Assembly (NCBI GenBank): GCA_017521485.1
Contig: JAFXCL010000028.1
Coordinates: 23,506 to 87,505, forward strand
Direction of reading: 5' to 3'
DNA from: Oscillospiraceae bacterium
Lineage (GTDB): Bacteria > Bacillota > Clostridia > Oscillospirales > Oscillospiraceae
DNA: 64,000 nucleotides
Shown here piece after piece: positions 1 to 9,525 of the stretch (the stretch's first letter is position 1; each line of letters starts with the position of its first letter). The notes under the pieces are model-generated. The model made no database searches. It was not told the DNA's origin and saw only the letters and a list, made by a program, of their open reading frames with translations. A program made the translations under genes and the position numbers.

Positions 1-323
1 CACTGCCCGGCTCTCTTTCCCCGGCAAAGGCGGAGAAAACCCAGCGCCGCACTGTAGGCTACGCAGAGCTGGACCGGAATCTGCACATGAACAACACCCG
101 ATACCTAGACTGGACAGACAGCCTGCTAAGCAGCCGCTTTCATAAGGAGCATCCGGTGCGGGCAATTACCGTCTGCTACCTCTCAGAAGCCCGGGAGGGG
201 CAGGAAATCACCCTCCGCTGGGAGATGACCGATGAAGATATGCTTTTGGTGGATGCCTGCCGGGAAAAGGCAGATTTGTCCGGCTCGCAAGAACGGGTGT
301 TCGCCGCCCAAATACAGTATTAA
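1..323 (+). CDS. Acyl-ACP thioesterase, C-terminal part (5'-truncated by window)
   Basis: Frame is open from nt 3; ELDRNLHMNNTRY matches the D-x-N-x-H-x-N-N catalytic motif of acyl-ACP thioesterases. Confidence 0.8.
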   Translation, partial: LPGSLSPAKAEKTQRRTVGYAELDRNLHMNNTRYLDWTDSLLSSRFHKEHPVRAITVCYLSEAREGQEITLRWEMTDEDMLLVDACREKADLSGSQERVFAAQIQY

Positions 324-370
324 CCGGCAAAATTATTGGAAAATTTTGGTTGTTCTGTAAACCAAAACGG

Positions 371-486
371 TTTTCCACAGGATTATGTAAAACACCTCAA
401 AATACCCCTCAAAACCCATTGAAGCCTTGGCTGTCAGGGGTTTTTCCCCTTTTCACTGTGGAAAACCCTGTGGATAATGTGGATAA
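371..486. promoter_or_regulatory. DnaA-box cluster remote from oriC
   Basis: TTTTCCACA 371-379, TGTGGAAAA 457-465, tandem perfect TGTGGATAA 469-477 and 478-486. Confidence 0.7.
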
Positions 487-615
487 CCCACCTGCTTGTC
501 TTCCCGGATTTTTCCCACATTTTGAAATTTATGTAAACTGGATTTCCGTAAGCACTTTATTGAAAGCTGTTGAGGAGAGGCACTTCCTCTCCCGGTGATT
601 TTGTCCCTGAAAATT

Positions 616-783
616 TTAATGAAGTCACGCTATGCGCGATGAAGTCCGTGCTCTGCACGGATGAAGTCTGCTGCGCAGGCGAAGTAAAGTCCACCCATTC
701 GGTGTTCACACCGGACTTCACCCCCGAAGGGGACTTCATTATCGAAGATGACTTCATCCACCCGACAGGGTGGACTTCATTAA
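616..783. repeat. Nested inverted-repeat element (MITE-like or structured RNA)
   Basis: Terminal IR TTAATGAAGTC/GACTTCATTAA; 4 (AT)GAAGT(C) copies and 4 GACTTCA(T) copies separated by small hairpins. Confidence 0.75.
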
Positions 784-793
784 TCCAAAAAAC

Positions 794-826
794 AAAAAGT
801 GCGTTGCAACAAAAGTTGCAACGCAC
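794..826 (-). terminator. Intrinsic terminator of pckA
   Basis: GTGCGTTGCAAC-AAAA-GTTGCAACGCAC hairpin followed by a U-tract on the minus strand. Confidence 0.75.
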
Positions 827-844
827 AATTTATTGTTTTTTGGA

Positions 845-2449
845 TTACAGCTTCGGGCCAGCCTCGACCAGAGCCTTGCCCTCGTCGTTGCCGGTGTACT
901 TATTGAAGTTCTTAATGAAGCGGGCTGCCAGGTCCTTTGCCTTCTCGTCCCAAACACCTGCATCTGCGTAGGTGTCGCGGGGATCCAGGATCGCAGGATC
1001 CACGCCGGGAAGGTTGGTGGGAACCTCGAAGTCGAAGTAGGGGATCTTCTTGGTGTCTGCCTTCAGGATAGAGCCGTCCAGGATCGCGTCGATGATGCCG
1101 CGGGTATCCTTAATGGAGATACGCTTGCCGGTGCCATTCCAGCCGGTGTTGACCAGGTAAGCCTTTGCGCCGGACTTCTCCATCTTCTTAACCAGCTCTT
1201 CGCCGTACTTGGTGGGGTGTAGCTCCAGGAAAGCAGCGCCGAAGCAAGCGGAGAAGGTGGGAGTGGGCTCAGTGATGCCACGCTCGGTGCCAGCCAGCTT
1301 GGAGGTGAAGCCACTGAGGAAGTAGTACTTGGTCTGCTCGGGGGTCAGGATGGAAACGGGAGGCAGAACGCCGAATGCGTCAGCAGACAGGAAGATGACA
1401 TTCTTTGCATCAGGACCTGCGGACACAGGGCGAACGATCTTCTCGATGTGGTCGATGGGGTAGGAAACGCGGGTGTTCTCGGTGACGGAGCCGTCTGCGA
1501 AGTCACACTTGCCATTTGCGTCAACAGTGACATTCTCCAGCAGCGCGTTTCTCTTGATTGCGTTGTAGATATCAGGCTCAGACTCGGGATCCAGGTTGAT
1601 GACCTTAGCATAGCAGCCGCCCTCGAAGTTAAAGACGCCGTTGTCGTCCCAGCCGTGCTCGTCGTCGCCGATCAGCAGACGCTTGGGGTCGGTGGACAGG
1701 GTGGTCTTACCGGTGCCGGACAGACCGAAGAACAAAGCGGTGTTCTCGCCGTTCATATCGGTGTTAGCGGAGCAGTGCATGGAAGCCATGCCGTTTAAGG
1801 GCAGGTAGTAGTTCATCATAGAGAACATACCCTTCTTCATCTCGCCGCCGTACCAGGTGTTCAGGATGACCTGCTCACGGGAGGTCAGGTTAAACAGAAC
1901 TGCAGTCTCGGAGTTGAGGCCCAGCTCCTTATAGTTCTCCACCTTAGCCTTGGAAGCATTGTAGATGACGAAGTTAGGCTCGAAGTTCTCCAGCTCTTCG
2001 GCAGTGGGGGTGATGAACATATTCTTAACAAAGTGTGCCTGCCATGCCACTTCTACGATGAAGCGGATCGCCATACGGGAATCGGGGTTGGTGCCGCAGA
2101 ACAGGTCCATTACGTACAGCTTCTTATTGCTAAGCTGCTTCAGAGCCAGCTCCTTGCAGGTGTTCCAAGCTTCCACGGATGCGGGCTTGTTGTCGTTTGC
2201 GAACTCGTCGGAGGTCCACCACACGGTGTCCTTGGAGGTGTCGTCCATCACGATGAACTTATCCTTGGGGGAACGGCCGGTGTAGATACCGGTCATAACA
2301 TTCACTGCGCCCAGCTCGGTAACCTGGCCCTTATCGAAGCCTTCCAGAGTGGGGTCAGTCTCGGCTGCAAACAGCTCCTCGTAGGAGGGGTTGTAGACGA
2401 TCTCGGTTGTACCGGTAATGCCATACTTTGTCAGATCAAGCTTTGCCAT
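845..2449 (-). CDS. pckA: Phosphoenolpyruvate carboxykinase (ATP)
   Basis: [21 protein letters not shown]-loop, IGDDEHGW and NFEGGCYAK motifs. Confidence 0.97.
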   Translation of the reverse strand: MAKLDLTKYGITGTTEIVYNPSYEELFAAETDPTLEGFDKGQVTELGAVNVMTGIYTGRSPKDKFIVMDDTSKDTVWWTSDEFANDNKPASVEAWNTCKELALKQLSNKKLYVMDLFCGTNPDSRMAIRFIVEVAWQAHFVKNMFITPTAEELENFEPNFVIYNASKAKVENYKELGLNSETAVLFNLTSREQVILNTWYGGEMKKGMFSMMNYYLPLNGMASMHCSANTDMNGENTALFFGLSGTGKTTLSTDPKRLLIGDDEHGWDDNGVFNFEGGCYAKVINLDPESEPDIYNAIKRNALLENVTVDANGKCDFADGSVTENTRVSYPIDHIEKIVRPVSAGPDAKNVIFLSADAFGVLPPVSILTPEQTKYYFLSGFTSKLAGTERGITEPTPTFSACFGAAFLELHPTKYGEELVKKMEKSGAKAYLVNTGWNGTGKRISIKDTRGIIDAILDGSILKADTKKIPYFDFEVPTNLPGVDPAILDPRDTYADAGVWDEKAKDLAARFIKNFNKYTGNDEGKALVEAGPKL

Positions 2450-2808
2450 TTTTATACCTCTTTCATTTCAATGTAACGCCGCATTCCGAAGCGCCTGTCG
2501 CTTCTTCCATTTGGCATCCTATATTTTGCAATGTTATCATACTATAAGAAATGGAAAAAATCAATAAATATTGTGTGAAAATATATATTTTCTTTTTATC
2601 TTTTTCATTTTTCCATACGGCTGGGATCTGCCCCCGCCACACCCTGTAGCGAAATCGGCGAAATTTATAAATACATAGTCGAATTTAAAAGGAAATATTT
2701 GTTTACTTTTCTTTATTTATATGGTAATATTGTATTTGGTGAAGATTAGGGTTTTGTGACCCTTTCCGGTATCCATATATATTATTTTTCCTGATGGAGG
2801 TCTTATAA

Positions 2809-4191
2809 ATGGCACAAAAAGTTCAGTTTGTGGAGACCGTTCTGCGTGACGCGAACCAGTCTCTGATCGCAACCCGCCTGCCCTTCGAGAAGTTCGAGCC
2901 TATGCTCGAGACCATCGACAAGGCCGGCTTCTACGCTGCAGAATGCTGGGGCGGCGCTACCTTTGACGTCTGCCTGCGCTACCTGCACGAAGATCCCTGG
3001 GAGCGTCTGCGGAAGATCCGCGCAAAGATGCCTAACACCAAGCTGCAGATGCTGCTGCGTGGCCAGAATGTTCTGGGCTACTCCCACTACCCCGATGATT
3101 TCGTGAAGCTATTCGTTACCAAGGCTGTGGAAAACGGCATCGATGTGATCCGTATTTTCGACGCCCTGAACGATGTGAAGAACCTGAAGGTGGCTATGGA
3201 GGCTACTGTCAATGCCGGTGCAATCGCTTCCGGTACTCTGTCCTACACCACCTCTCCTGTCCACACCCACGCAAAGTATGTGGAAATGGTGAAAGAGCTG
3301 CAAGCGATGGGCGCTTCCACCATCTGCATTAAGGATATGGCAGGTATTATGGGTCCCCAGGAGGCTTATGACCTGGTGTCCGCCATTAAGGACGCTGTGG
3401 ATATGCCCATCGACCTGCACACCCACTCCACCACCGGTCTGGCATTCATGACCTACCTGAAGGCTGTGGAAGCCGGCTGTGACATTATCGACACTGCCAT
3501 CTCCCCCTTCTCCGGCGGCACTTCCCAGCCTGCAACCGAGACTTTGGCTTACGCACTGCGTCAGCTGGGTTACCAGGTAGACCTGAGAGACGACTGCCTG
3601 ACCGATATGGCAGACTACTTCAAGGGCGTTCGGGACGAGTTTGTTGCCGACGGCACATTGATGCCCAAGGCGATGGCAACCGACACCCAGTGCCTGACCT
3701 ATCAGGTTCCCGGCGGTATGCTTAGTAACCTGATGAGCCAGCTGAAGCAAATGAATGCGCTTGACCGCTTTGAGGAAGCTCTGGCTGAGACTCCCAAGGT
3801 CCGTGCTGACCTGGGCTATCCTCCGCTGGTCACCCCCACAAGCCAGATGGTCGGCGTGCAGGCTGTCCGGAACGTGCTGGACGGTGAGCGCTACAAGACC
3901 GTTTCCAAGGAAATTAAGGCATATTGCCGTGGCGAATACGGCACCACCCCCGCTCCCATCGATGAAGCTATTCAGAAGCAGATCCTGGGCGATGAGAAGG
4001 TGATCGAGGGCCGCTTTGCCGACTCTCTGGAGCCCATCGTAGAGCCCACCCGCAAGAAGCTGGAGGGCATTGCCAAGTCCGACGAGGATGTGCTGTCCTA
4101 CATTGCATTCCCCAACCTGGCTGAGAATTACTTCGAAGAGCGCAAGGCTAAGGAAGAAAATGTGGTTACCTACACCATCGTAGAGGCATAA
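2809..4191 (+). CDS. oadA: Oxaloacetate decarboxylase alpha subunit (carboxyltransferase only, no biotin domain)
   Basis: LRDANQSLIATR, WGGATFD, IKDMAG, HTHST and GYPPLVTPTSQ motifs; operon with gamma, biotin carrier and beta subunits. Confidence 0.85.
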   Translation: MAQKVQFVETVLRDANQSLIATRLPFEKFEPMLETIDKAGFYAAECWGGATFDVCLRYLHEDPWERLRKIRAKMPNTKLQMLLRGQNVLGYSHYPDDFVKLFVTKAVENGIDVIRIFDALNDVKNLKVAMEATVNAGAIASGTLSYTTSPVHTHAKYVEMVKELQAMGASTICIKDMAGIMGPQEAYDLVSAIKDAVDMPIDLHTHSTTGLAFMTYLKAVEAGCDIIDTAISPFSGGTSQPATETLAYALRQLGYQVDLRDDCLTDMADYFKGVRDEFVADGTLMPKAMATDTQCLTYQVPGGMLSNLMSQLKQMNALDRFEEALAETPKVRADLGYPPLVTPTSQMVGVQAVRNVLDGERYKTVSKEIKAYCRGEYGTTPAPIDEAIQKQILGDEKVIEGRFADSLEPIVEPTRKKLEGIAKSDEDVLSYIAFPNLAENYFEERKAKEENVVTYTIVEA

Positions 4192-4201
4192 GGAGATCAC
4201 T

Positions 4202-4519
4202 ATGGAAAATATTAGCATTATGGATGCGCTGGTGACTGCCCTTACCGGTTACGGTGTGGTTTTCCTTGGGATCATTCTGTTGATGATCGTGGTTATGATT
4301 ATGGGCAGCATCTTCAGCGCCAAGGAAAAGAAAGCCGCTGCCGCACCTGCGCCCACACCTGTGGAAGTGCCTAAGGCCACTGCCCCCGGCACTGCCGGCG
4401 AATTGAAGCTCCACGACGTAGAACCCAAGACCGCAGCTATGCTCATGGCGATCGTTGCCGACAAGCTGGGCAAGCCCTTAAACGAGCTGCGCTTTATTTC
4501 CATTAAGGAGGATAAGTAA
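4202..4519 (+). CDS. oadG: Na+-translocating decarboxylase gamma/delta subunit (OadG family)
   Basis: Single N-terminal TM helix, Ala/Pro linker, position in operon. Confidence 0.8.
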   Translation: MENISIMDALVTALTGYGVVFLGIILLMIVVMIMGSIFSAKEKKAAAAPAPTPVEVPKATAPGTAGELKLHDVEPKTAAMLMAIVADKLGKPLNELRFISIKEDK

Positions 4520-4520
4520 G

Positions 4521-4910
4521 ATGAAATATAAGGTAACTTTAAATGGCCGCACCTACGAGGTTGAGGTTGAGGCCGGTCAGGCTATGCTCCTTGATGAGTA
4601 CGAAGCCATTGCTCCCGCACCTGTTGCTGCTCCCGTGGCAGCGCCTGCTGCCACACCCGCTGCTGCTCCTGCTGCTGCTCCCGTAGCTGTTGGCGCAGGC
4701 GACGCCGTTTCCGCTCCCATGCCCGGCACCATCCTGAAGGTCAATGTGGCAGCCGGTCAGGCTGTTAAGGAGGGCGAGGTGCTGGTAGTGCTGGAGGCTA
4801 TGAAGATGGAAAACGAGATCATGGCTCCCAAGGCAGGCACGGTTTCTCAGGTTCTGGTGAGTAAGGGTTCTTCCGTGGACACCGGCGCGCCTCTGGTCGT
4901 GATTGGCTAA
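4521..4910 (+). CDS. Biotin carboxyl carrier subunit
   Basis: EAMKMEN biotinylation motif, Ala/Pro-rich linker. Confidence 0.93.
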   Translation: MKYKVTLNGRTYEVEVEAGQAMLLDEYEAIAPAPVAAPVAAPAATPAAAPAAAPVAVGAGDAVSAPMPGTILKVNVAAGQAVKEGEVLVVLEAMKMENEIMAPKAGTVSQVLVSKGSSVDTGAPLVVIG

Positions 4911-4921
4911 GGAGGTAACAA

Positions 4922-6121
4922 ATGAATGTTGGTGAAATTCTGCTGAATCTCTGGAACAGCAGCGGTTTTGCCCAGATGTCCTCCGGCTTTATGGCCGGCG
5001 GCTGGCAAAATCTTGTGATGATCATCATTGCCTGCGTTCTGCTGTATTTGGCAATTGTTAAACAATTTGAGCCTCTGTTGCTGGTTGGCATCGCCTTTGG
5101 CTGTCTGCTGACCAACCTGCCTGGTGCCGGTCTGTACCATCAGGAGCTGTGGACCAAATTTATGGCCCATGAGATCGGTTACGGCACGATCCTTCAGGAG
5201 GGCGGTCTGCTGGATATTTTCTATATTGGTGTTAAGACCTCCCTTTACCCCTGCCTGATCTTTATGGGCGTGGGTGCAATGACCGACTTTGGTCCTCTGC
5301 TTTCTAATCCAAAGAGCCTGCTGCTGGGTGCAGCTGCCCAGCTGGGCGTGTTCGTTGCTTTCTTCGCCGCCCGTGCCTCCGGTGCCTTTGATGCGCTGGA
5401 AGCTGCCTCTATCGGCATTATCGGCGGTGCGGACGGCCCTACCGCCATCTTCCTGACAAGCAAGCTTGCACCCCATCTGCTGGGTGCGATCGCTGTGGCA
5501 GCTTACTCCTATATGGCGCTGATCCCCCTGATCCAGCCGCCCTTTATGAAGCTGCTGACCACCCCCGAGCAGCGGAAGATCAAAATGGTCCAGACCAGAA
5601 ATGTGTCTAAGACCGAGAAGATCATCTTCCCCATCGTTGTCACCATTTTCGTGGCAATGCTGCTGCCGGACACCGCGCCTCTGATCGGCTGCCTGATGCT
5701 GGGTAACCTGTTTAAGGAGACCGGCGTCACCGACCGTCTTTCCGACACTGTCCAGAATGCCCTGATGAACATTGTCACCATTTTGCTTTCCACCGCTGTG
5801 GGCGCAACAATGGTTGGCTCCAACTTCCTGACCGGTCAGACCCTGCTGATCGTTGTGCTGGGTGTTTGTGCCTTCATTCTGTCCACCTGTGGCGGTCTGC
5901 TGGGCGGTCTGGTAATGTGCTGGCTGACCAAGGGCAAGGTCAATCCTCTGATCGGCTCTGCGGGCGTTTCTGCTGTTCCCATGGCAGCCCGTGTTGCCAA
6001 TAAGGAAGGCCAGAAGGCAAACCCCTCCAACTTCCTTCTGATGCACGCTATGGGCCCCAATGTGGCCGGCGTCATCGGCTCTGCCATCGCCGCAGGCTTC
6101 CTGCTGAGCGTATTTGGTTAA
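4922..6121 (+). CDS. oadB: Na+-translocating decarboxylase beta subunit
   Basis: IGIIGGADGPT, AAYSYMAL, GVSAVPMAAR and HAMGPNVAGVIGSA motifs. Confidence 0.95.
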   Translation: MNVGEILLNLWNSSGFAQMSSGFMAGGWQNLVMIIIACVLLYLAIVKQFEPLLLVGIAFGCLLTNLPGAGLYHQELWTKFMAHEIGYGTILQEGGLLDIFYIGVKTSLYPCLIFMGVGAMTDFGPLLSNPKSLLLGAAAQLGVFVAFFAARASGAFDALEAASIGIIGGADGPTAIFLTSKLAPHLLGAIAVAAYSYMALIPLIQPPFMKLLTTPEQRKIKMVQTRNVSKTEKIIFPIVVTIFVAMLLPDTAPLIGCLMLGNLFKETGVTDRLSDTVQNALMNIVTILLSTAVGATMVGSNFLTGQTLLIVVLGVCAFILSTCGGLLGGLVMCWLTKGKVNPLIGSAGVSAVPMAARVANKEGQKANPSNFLLMHAMGPNVAGVIGSAIAAGFLLSVFG

Positions 6122-6128
6122 TAAAAAC

Positions 6129-6164
6129 AAATCCCCCACCTGCCCGGTGGGGGATTTTATTTTT
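6129..6164 (+). terminator. Intrinsic terminator of oad operon
   Basis: AAATCCCCCACC...GGTGGGGGATTT plus T-tract. Confidence 0.8.
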
Positions 6165-6169
6165 GCAAC

Positions 6170-6193
6170 GGGCGATTCGTGAAGCGCCCCTAC
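6170..6193 (-). repeat. GTAG-type REP-like palindrome
   Basis: Reverse complement GTAGGGGCGCTTCACGAATCGCCC; same architecture as other copies in the window. Confidence 0.65.
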
Positions 6194-6198
6194 AATAA

Positions 6199-6441
6199 TC
6201 ATTTCATTCTCTTTTCCAGTGTAGCTGTAGACAGGGTGGATTCATATACCCGCATCATACCGTATTCCATGGTCACAATAAAGGATTTGGGCAGATCGTC
6301 GCAGGGTACGATCGCGCCCTCTTTTTGCGCCATTTCCAAAAAGCGCCGGGTGCGTACGGATGTGGAGGTGTTATCCATATCGAAAATCCCGATCACAGCA
6401 CTCTCCCGCACTGCCATATCATTACCGATAGAAATATACAT
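6199..6441 (-). CDS. remB: RemB / DUF370 family protein
   Basis: MYISIGNDMAVRESAVIGIFDMD...PKSFIV...S.LS..TL.KR; ATG at 6441 with GGAGG RBS. Confidence 0.85.
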   Translation of the reverse strand: MYISIGNDMAVRESAVIGIFDMDNTSTSVRTRRFLEMAQKEGAIVPCDDLPKSFIVTMEYGMMRVYESTLSTATLEKRMK

Positions 6442-6470
6442 TTTCCCACACCTCCGGTTATAATCGTTCC

Positions 6471-6505
6471 AGATTGCCACGCCCCGTTGGGGCTCGCAAT
6501 GACAC
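6471..6505. repeat. Half copy of the GTCAT...ATGAC hairpin repeat family
   Basis: AGATTGCCACGCCCCGTTGGGGCTCGCAATGACAC; differs by 1 nt from 35408-35442. Confidence 0.8.
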
Positions 6506-6569
6506 GATAATTTGATAGCCATTTGCGTAAAGGGAAGGTCTTTCAAAATATGATAGACCTTCCCTTACA

Positions 6570-7004
6570 TTAATACATTTTACTCTGGGCAACTGCCAGT
6601 TCGTCACAGCGGTTATTTTTGGGATTGTCCGCGTGGCCCTTGACCCAATGATAATGAAGCTGGTGCTTCATTGTCAGGTCTAAAAGGATCTCCCACAGGT
6701 CCGGGTTCAGGGCAGGCTTTTTATCGGACTTGATCCAACCCTTTTTCCGCCAGCCCCACGCCCATCCTTTTTCCAGCGCGTCGATCACATATTTGCTGTC
6801 ACTGTACAGCTCCACGATACACGGCTCTTTCAGGGCTTTTAAGCCCTCGATCACGGCGGTCAGCTCCATCCGGTTGTTGGTGGTGCTTTTTTCGCCGCCG
6901 GACAGCTCCTTTTCCACGCCATTAAAGGAGAGGATCGCACCCCAGCCGCCAGGGCCGGGGTTGCCGGAGCAAGCACCGTCGGTATATAAGGTTACAGTTT
7001 TCAC
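6570..7004 (-). CDS. rnhA: Ribonuclease HI
   Basis: [29 protein letters not shown] and N.RCD.LA motifs; GTG start overlaps gyrA stop. Confidence 0.96.
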   Translation of the reverse strand: MKTVTLYTDGACSGNPGPGGWGAILSFNGVEKELSGGEKSTTNNRMELTAVIEGLKALKEPCIVELYSDSKYVIDALEKGWAWGWRKKGWIKSDKKPALNPDLWEILLDLTMKHQLHYHWVKGHADNPKNNRCDELAVAQSKMY

Positions 7005-9511
7005 TGTGCTTCCTGCTCCTCTTCTGCCTCTGCTTCCACCCGCTCGATGGACACGATCTGGTTGCCCTCCTCGATACGCATGACGATAACGCCCTGCACA
7101 TCCCGCTTATACACATTGATACTGGAGGCAGGCACACGGATGATCACACCGCCGCTTTCAATGAGCATTACATCGTCTGTTTCCTTCACCACACGGCAAC
7201 CGGCTACATTACCGGTCTTTTCGGTGATGTTATAGTTCTTCAGACCCTTGCCGCCACGACCCTGGGCGATCTTTTCGCCATTCGGGCCGGTACGCAGGTA
7301 CTCATAAAGCTCGGTGCGCTTGCCGTAGCCCTTTTCGGTGACAGTCAGCAGTGTCGTGCCCTCTTCTGCCTTCTCCGCGCCGATCACATAGTCCTCACCG
7401 GTTAACATAATTCCGCGGACACCGGCGGCATCTCTGCCCATAGGACGCACATCCTTTTCATTGAAGCAGATCGCCATACCCTGAGCGGTGGCAAGAATAA
7501 TGTTATCGTCGCCGTTTGTGCGCATTACATTAATCAGCTGATCGCCCTCGTCCAGGGTGATTGCCCGGATACCTGTTCTTCTTCTGGTGTTGAGCGCCAC
7601 AAAGGGAATCCGCTTGACAGTGCCCTTCCGGGTAACCATCATCAGGTATTCATCCTCGTGGAACTCTCTCGTCACCACCATAGCGGTCACATGCTCACCG
7701 GGCTCCAGGGGCAGCACATTTACCATGGCTGTGCCACGGGCAGTTCTGCCGGCTTCCGGAATTTGGTAGCCCTTCCGCTGGTGGACACGGCCCATATCCG
7801 TAAACAGCAGGATATAATCGTGGGTGGATGCCACATTCAGGCTCTTGACGAAATCCTCTTCCTTCAAATTCTGGGCGTTGACGCCTCTGCCGCCCCGGCT
7901 CTGGGTCCGGTAGGTGTCCACAGGCATCCGCTTGATGTAACCCTGATTGGAAATGGTAAATGCGCAGGTTTCTTCCTCGATTAGATCCTCGATATCGATC
8001 TCGTCCTCCACATCCTGAATCTCGGTTTTCCGCTCGTCGCCGAACTTATCCCGGATTTCAATTAGTTCCTCCCGCAGCACAGAGAGCAGCTTTGCCGGGT
8101 CTTCCAGCAGGGAGATGAAGTAGGCGATCCGCTCCTGCAGCTCGTCAAATTCCCCTTGCAGCTTTTCCCGATCCAGACCCTGCAGTGCCTTCAGGCGCAT
8201 ATCCAAAATTGCCTGTGCTTGCACATCGCTAAGACCGAATCGCTCCATGAGCTTTTCCTTCGCATCGTCATAGGCAGAGCGGATAATGCGGATGACCTCG
8301 TCAATATTATCCTGTGCGATCAGCAGGCCCTCCAGCAAATGGGCGCGCTCCCGGGCTTTGCGCAGATCATACTCCGTACGGCGGGTGAGCACCTCTGTCT
8401 GGAACTGAAGATACTCGTCAATGATCTGCCGCAAGGACAAAATCTTCGGCTGCTTCTGATCATCCACCAGAGCAAGGAGAATGATACCAAAGCTACTTTG
8501 CAGCTCGGTCTGCTTAAAGAGGTTATTGAGCACAACCTGGGGGTTTGCGTCCTTTTTCAGCTCGATAACGATACGCATACCGTTTCGGTCCGTCTCGTCA
8601 CGCAGGTCGGAAATGCCCTCTAACCGCTTATCCTTGACCTGCTCGGCAATTTTCTTAATCAGCTGGCGCTTATTAACCTGATAGGGCAGCTCGGAAACAA
8701 TGATCCGCACCCGGTCGTTGCCGAATTCCTCAAATTCCGTTCTTGCCCGCACAACTACCTTGCCACGGCCTGTCGCATAGGCGGCACGGATGCCGGAGCG
8801 GCCCATAATGATACCGCCGGTGGGGAAGTCCGGTCCGGAAATATGTTCTAACAGATCCGGCAGCGTTGCCTCCGAATCGTCCAGCACGCAGATACAGGCG
8901 TTAATGACCTCGGAGAGGTTATGGGGGGGGATATTAGTCGCCATACCAACGGCAATACCGGAAGAGCCGTTTACCAGCAAATTGGGGAAACGGCTGGGAA
9001 GAACCCGGGGTTCTTTCCGGCTCTCGTCGAAGTTGGGATCCCAGTTGACAGTCTCCTTGTCAATATCCCGGAGCATCTGGTTAGATAGCTTAGAAAGTCT
9101 GGCTTCTGTGTAACGGTAGGCAGCTGCCGGGTCGCCGTCCACAGAACCGAAGTTACCGTGGCCGTCCACCAGCATATAGCGCATAGAGAAATCCTGCGCC
9201 AGACGCACCATTGCATCGTAAACAGAGGAGTCTCCGTGGGGGTGGTATTTACCCAGCACATCACCGACACAGGTGGCAGACTTCTTAAAAGGCTTATCGG
9301 AAGTCAGACCGCTTTCGTACATGGTGTAGAGAATACGGCGGTGGACCGGCTTCAAGCCGTCACGGACATCCGGCAGGGCTCTGCCAACGATGACACTCAT
9401 GGCGTATTCAATATAGGACTTTTCCATTTCGTCCACCAGATGGCTCTCTACGATACACTGATCGGGGAACAGAATATCCTCCGGCTTATAATTACGGTTA
9501 TGCTTTGCCAA
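7001..9511 (-). CDS. gyrA: DNA gyrase subunit A
   Basis: [32 protein letters not shown], GyrA-box-like QSRGGRG. Confidence 0.97.
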   Translation of the reverse strand: MAKHNRNYKPEDILFPDQCIVESHLVDEMEKSYIEYAMSVIVGRALPDVRDGLKPVHRRILYTMYESGLTSDKPFKKSATCVGDVLGKYHPHGDSSVYDAMVRLAQDFSMRYMLVDGHGNFGSVDGDPAAAYRYTEARLSKLSNQMLRDIDKETVNWDPNFDESRKEPRVLPSRFPNLLVNGSSGIAVGMATNIPPHNLSEVINACICVLDDSEATLPDLLEHISGPDFPTGGIIMGRSGIRAAYATGRGKVVVRARTEFEEFGNDRVRIIVSELPYQVNKRQLIKKIAEQVKDKRLEGISDLRDETDRNGMRIVIELKKDANPQVVLNNLFKQTELQSSFGIILLALVDDQKQPKILSLRQIIDEYLQFQTEVLTRRTEYDLRKARERAHLLEGLLIAQDNIDEVIRIIRSAYDDAKEKLMERFGLSDVQAQAILDMRLKALQGLDREKLQGEFDELQERIAYFISLLEDPAKLLSVLREELIEIRDKFGDERKTEIQDVEDEIDIEDLIEEETCAFTISNQGYIKRMPVDTYRTQSRGGRGVNAQNLKEEDFVKSLNVASTHDYILLFTDMGRVHQRKGYQIPEAGRTARGTAMVNVLPLEPGEHVTAMVVTREFHEDEYLMMVTRKGTVKRIPFVALNTRRRTGIRAITLDEGDQLINVMRTNGDDNIILATAQGMAICFNEKDVRPMGRDAAGVRGIMLTGEDYVIGAEKAEEGTTLLTVTEKGYGKRTELYEYLRTGPNGEKIAQGRGGKGLKNYNITEKTGNVAGCRVVKETDDVMLIESGGVIIRVPASSINVYKRDVQGVIVMRIEEGNQIVSIERVEAEAEEEQEAQ

Positions 9512-9525
9512 TTTGTGTCACCTCC

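Noticed and set aside
619-780. CRISPR-like repeat/spacer appearance
   Set aside because: Repeats are only 8 nt, invert halfway, spacers are 10-15-nt hairpins, and no cas genes are present
350-971. ORFs 350-598, 557-826 and 570-971
   Set aside because: They run through the DnaA-box cluster, palindromic element and terminator, with no convincing RBS or recognisable protein
3109-6202. Long antisense ORFs (369 aa, 431 aa), and similarly 10345-11520, 18922-19908, 30013-31005, 43051-44475, 45365-46396
   Set aside because: Shadow frames of strongly codon-biased genes; no motifs
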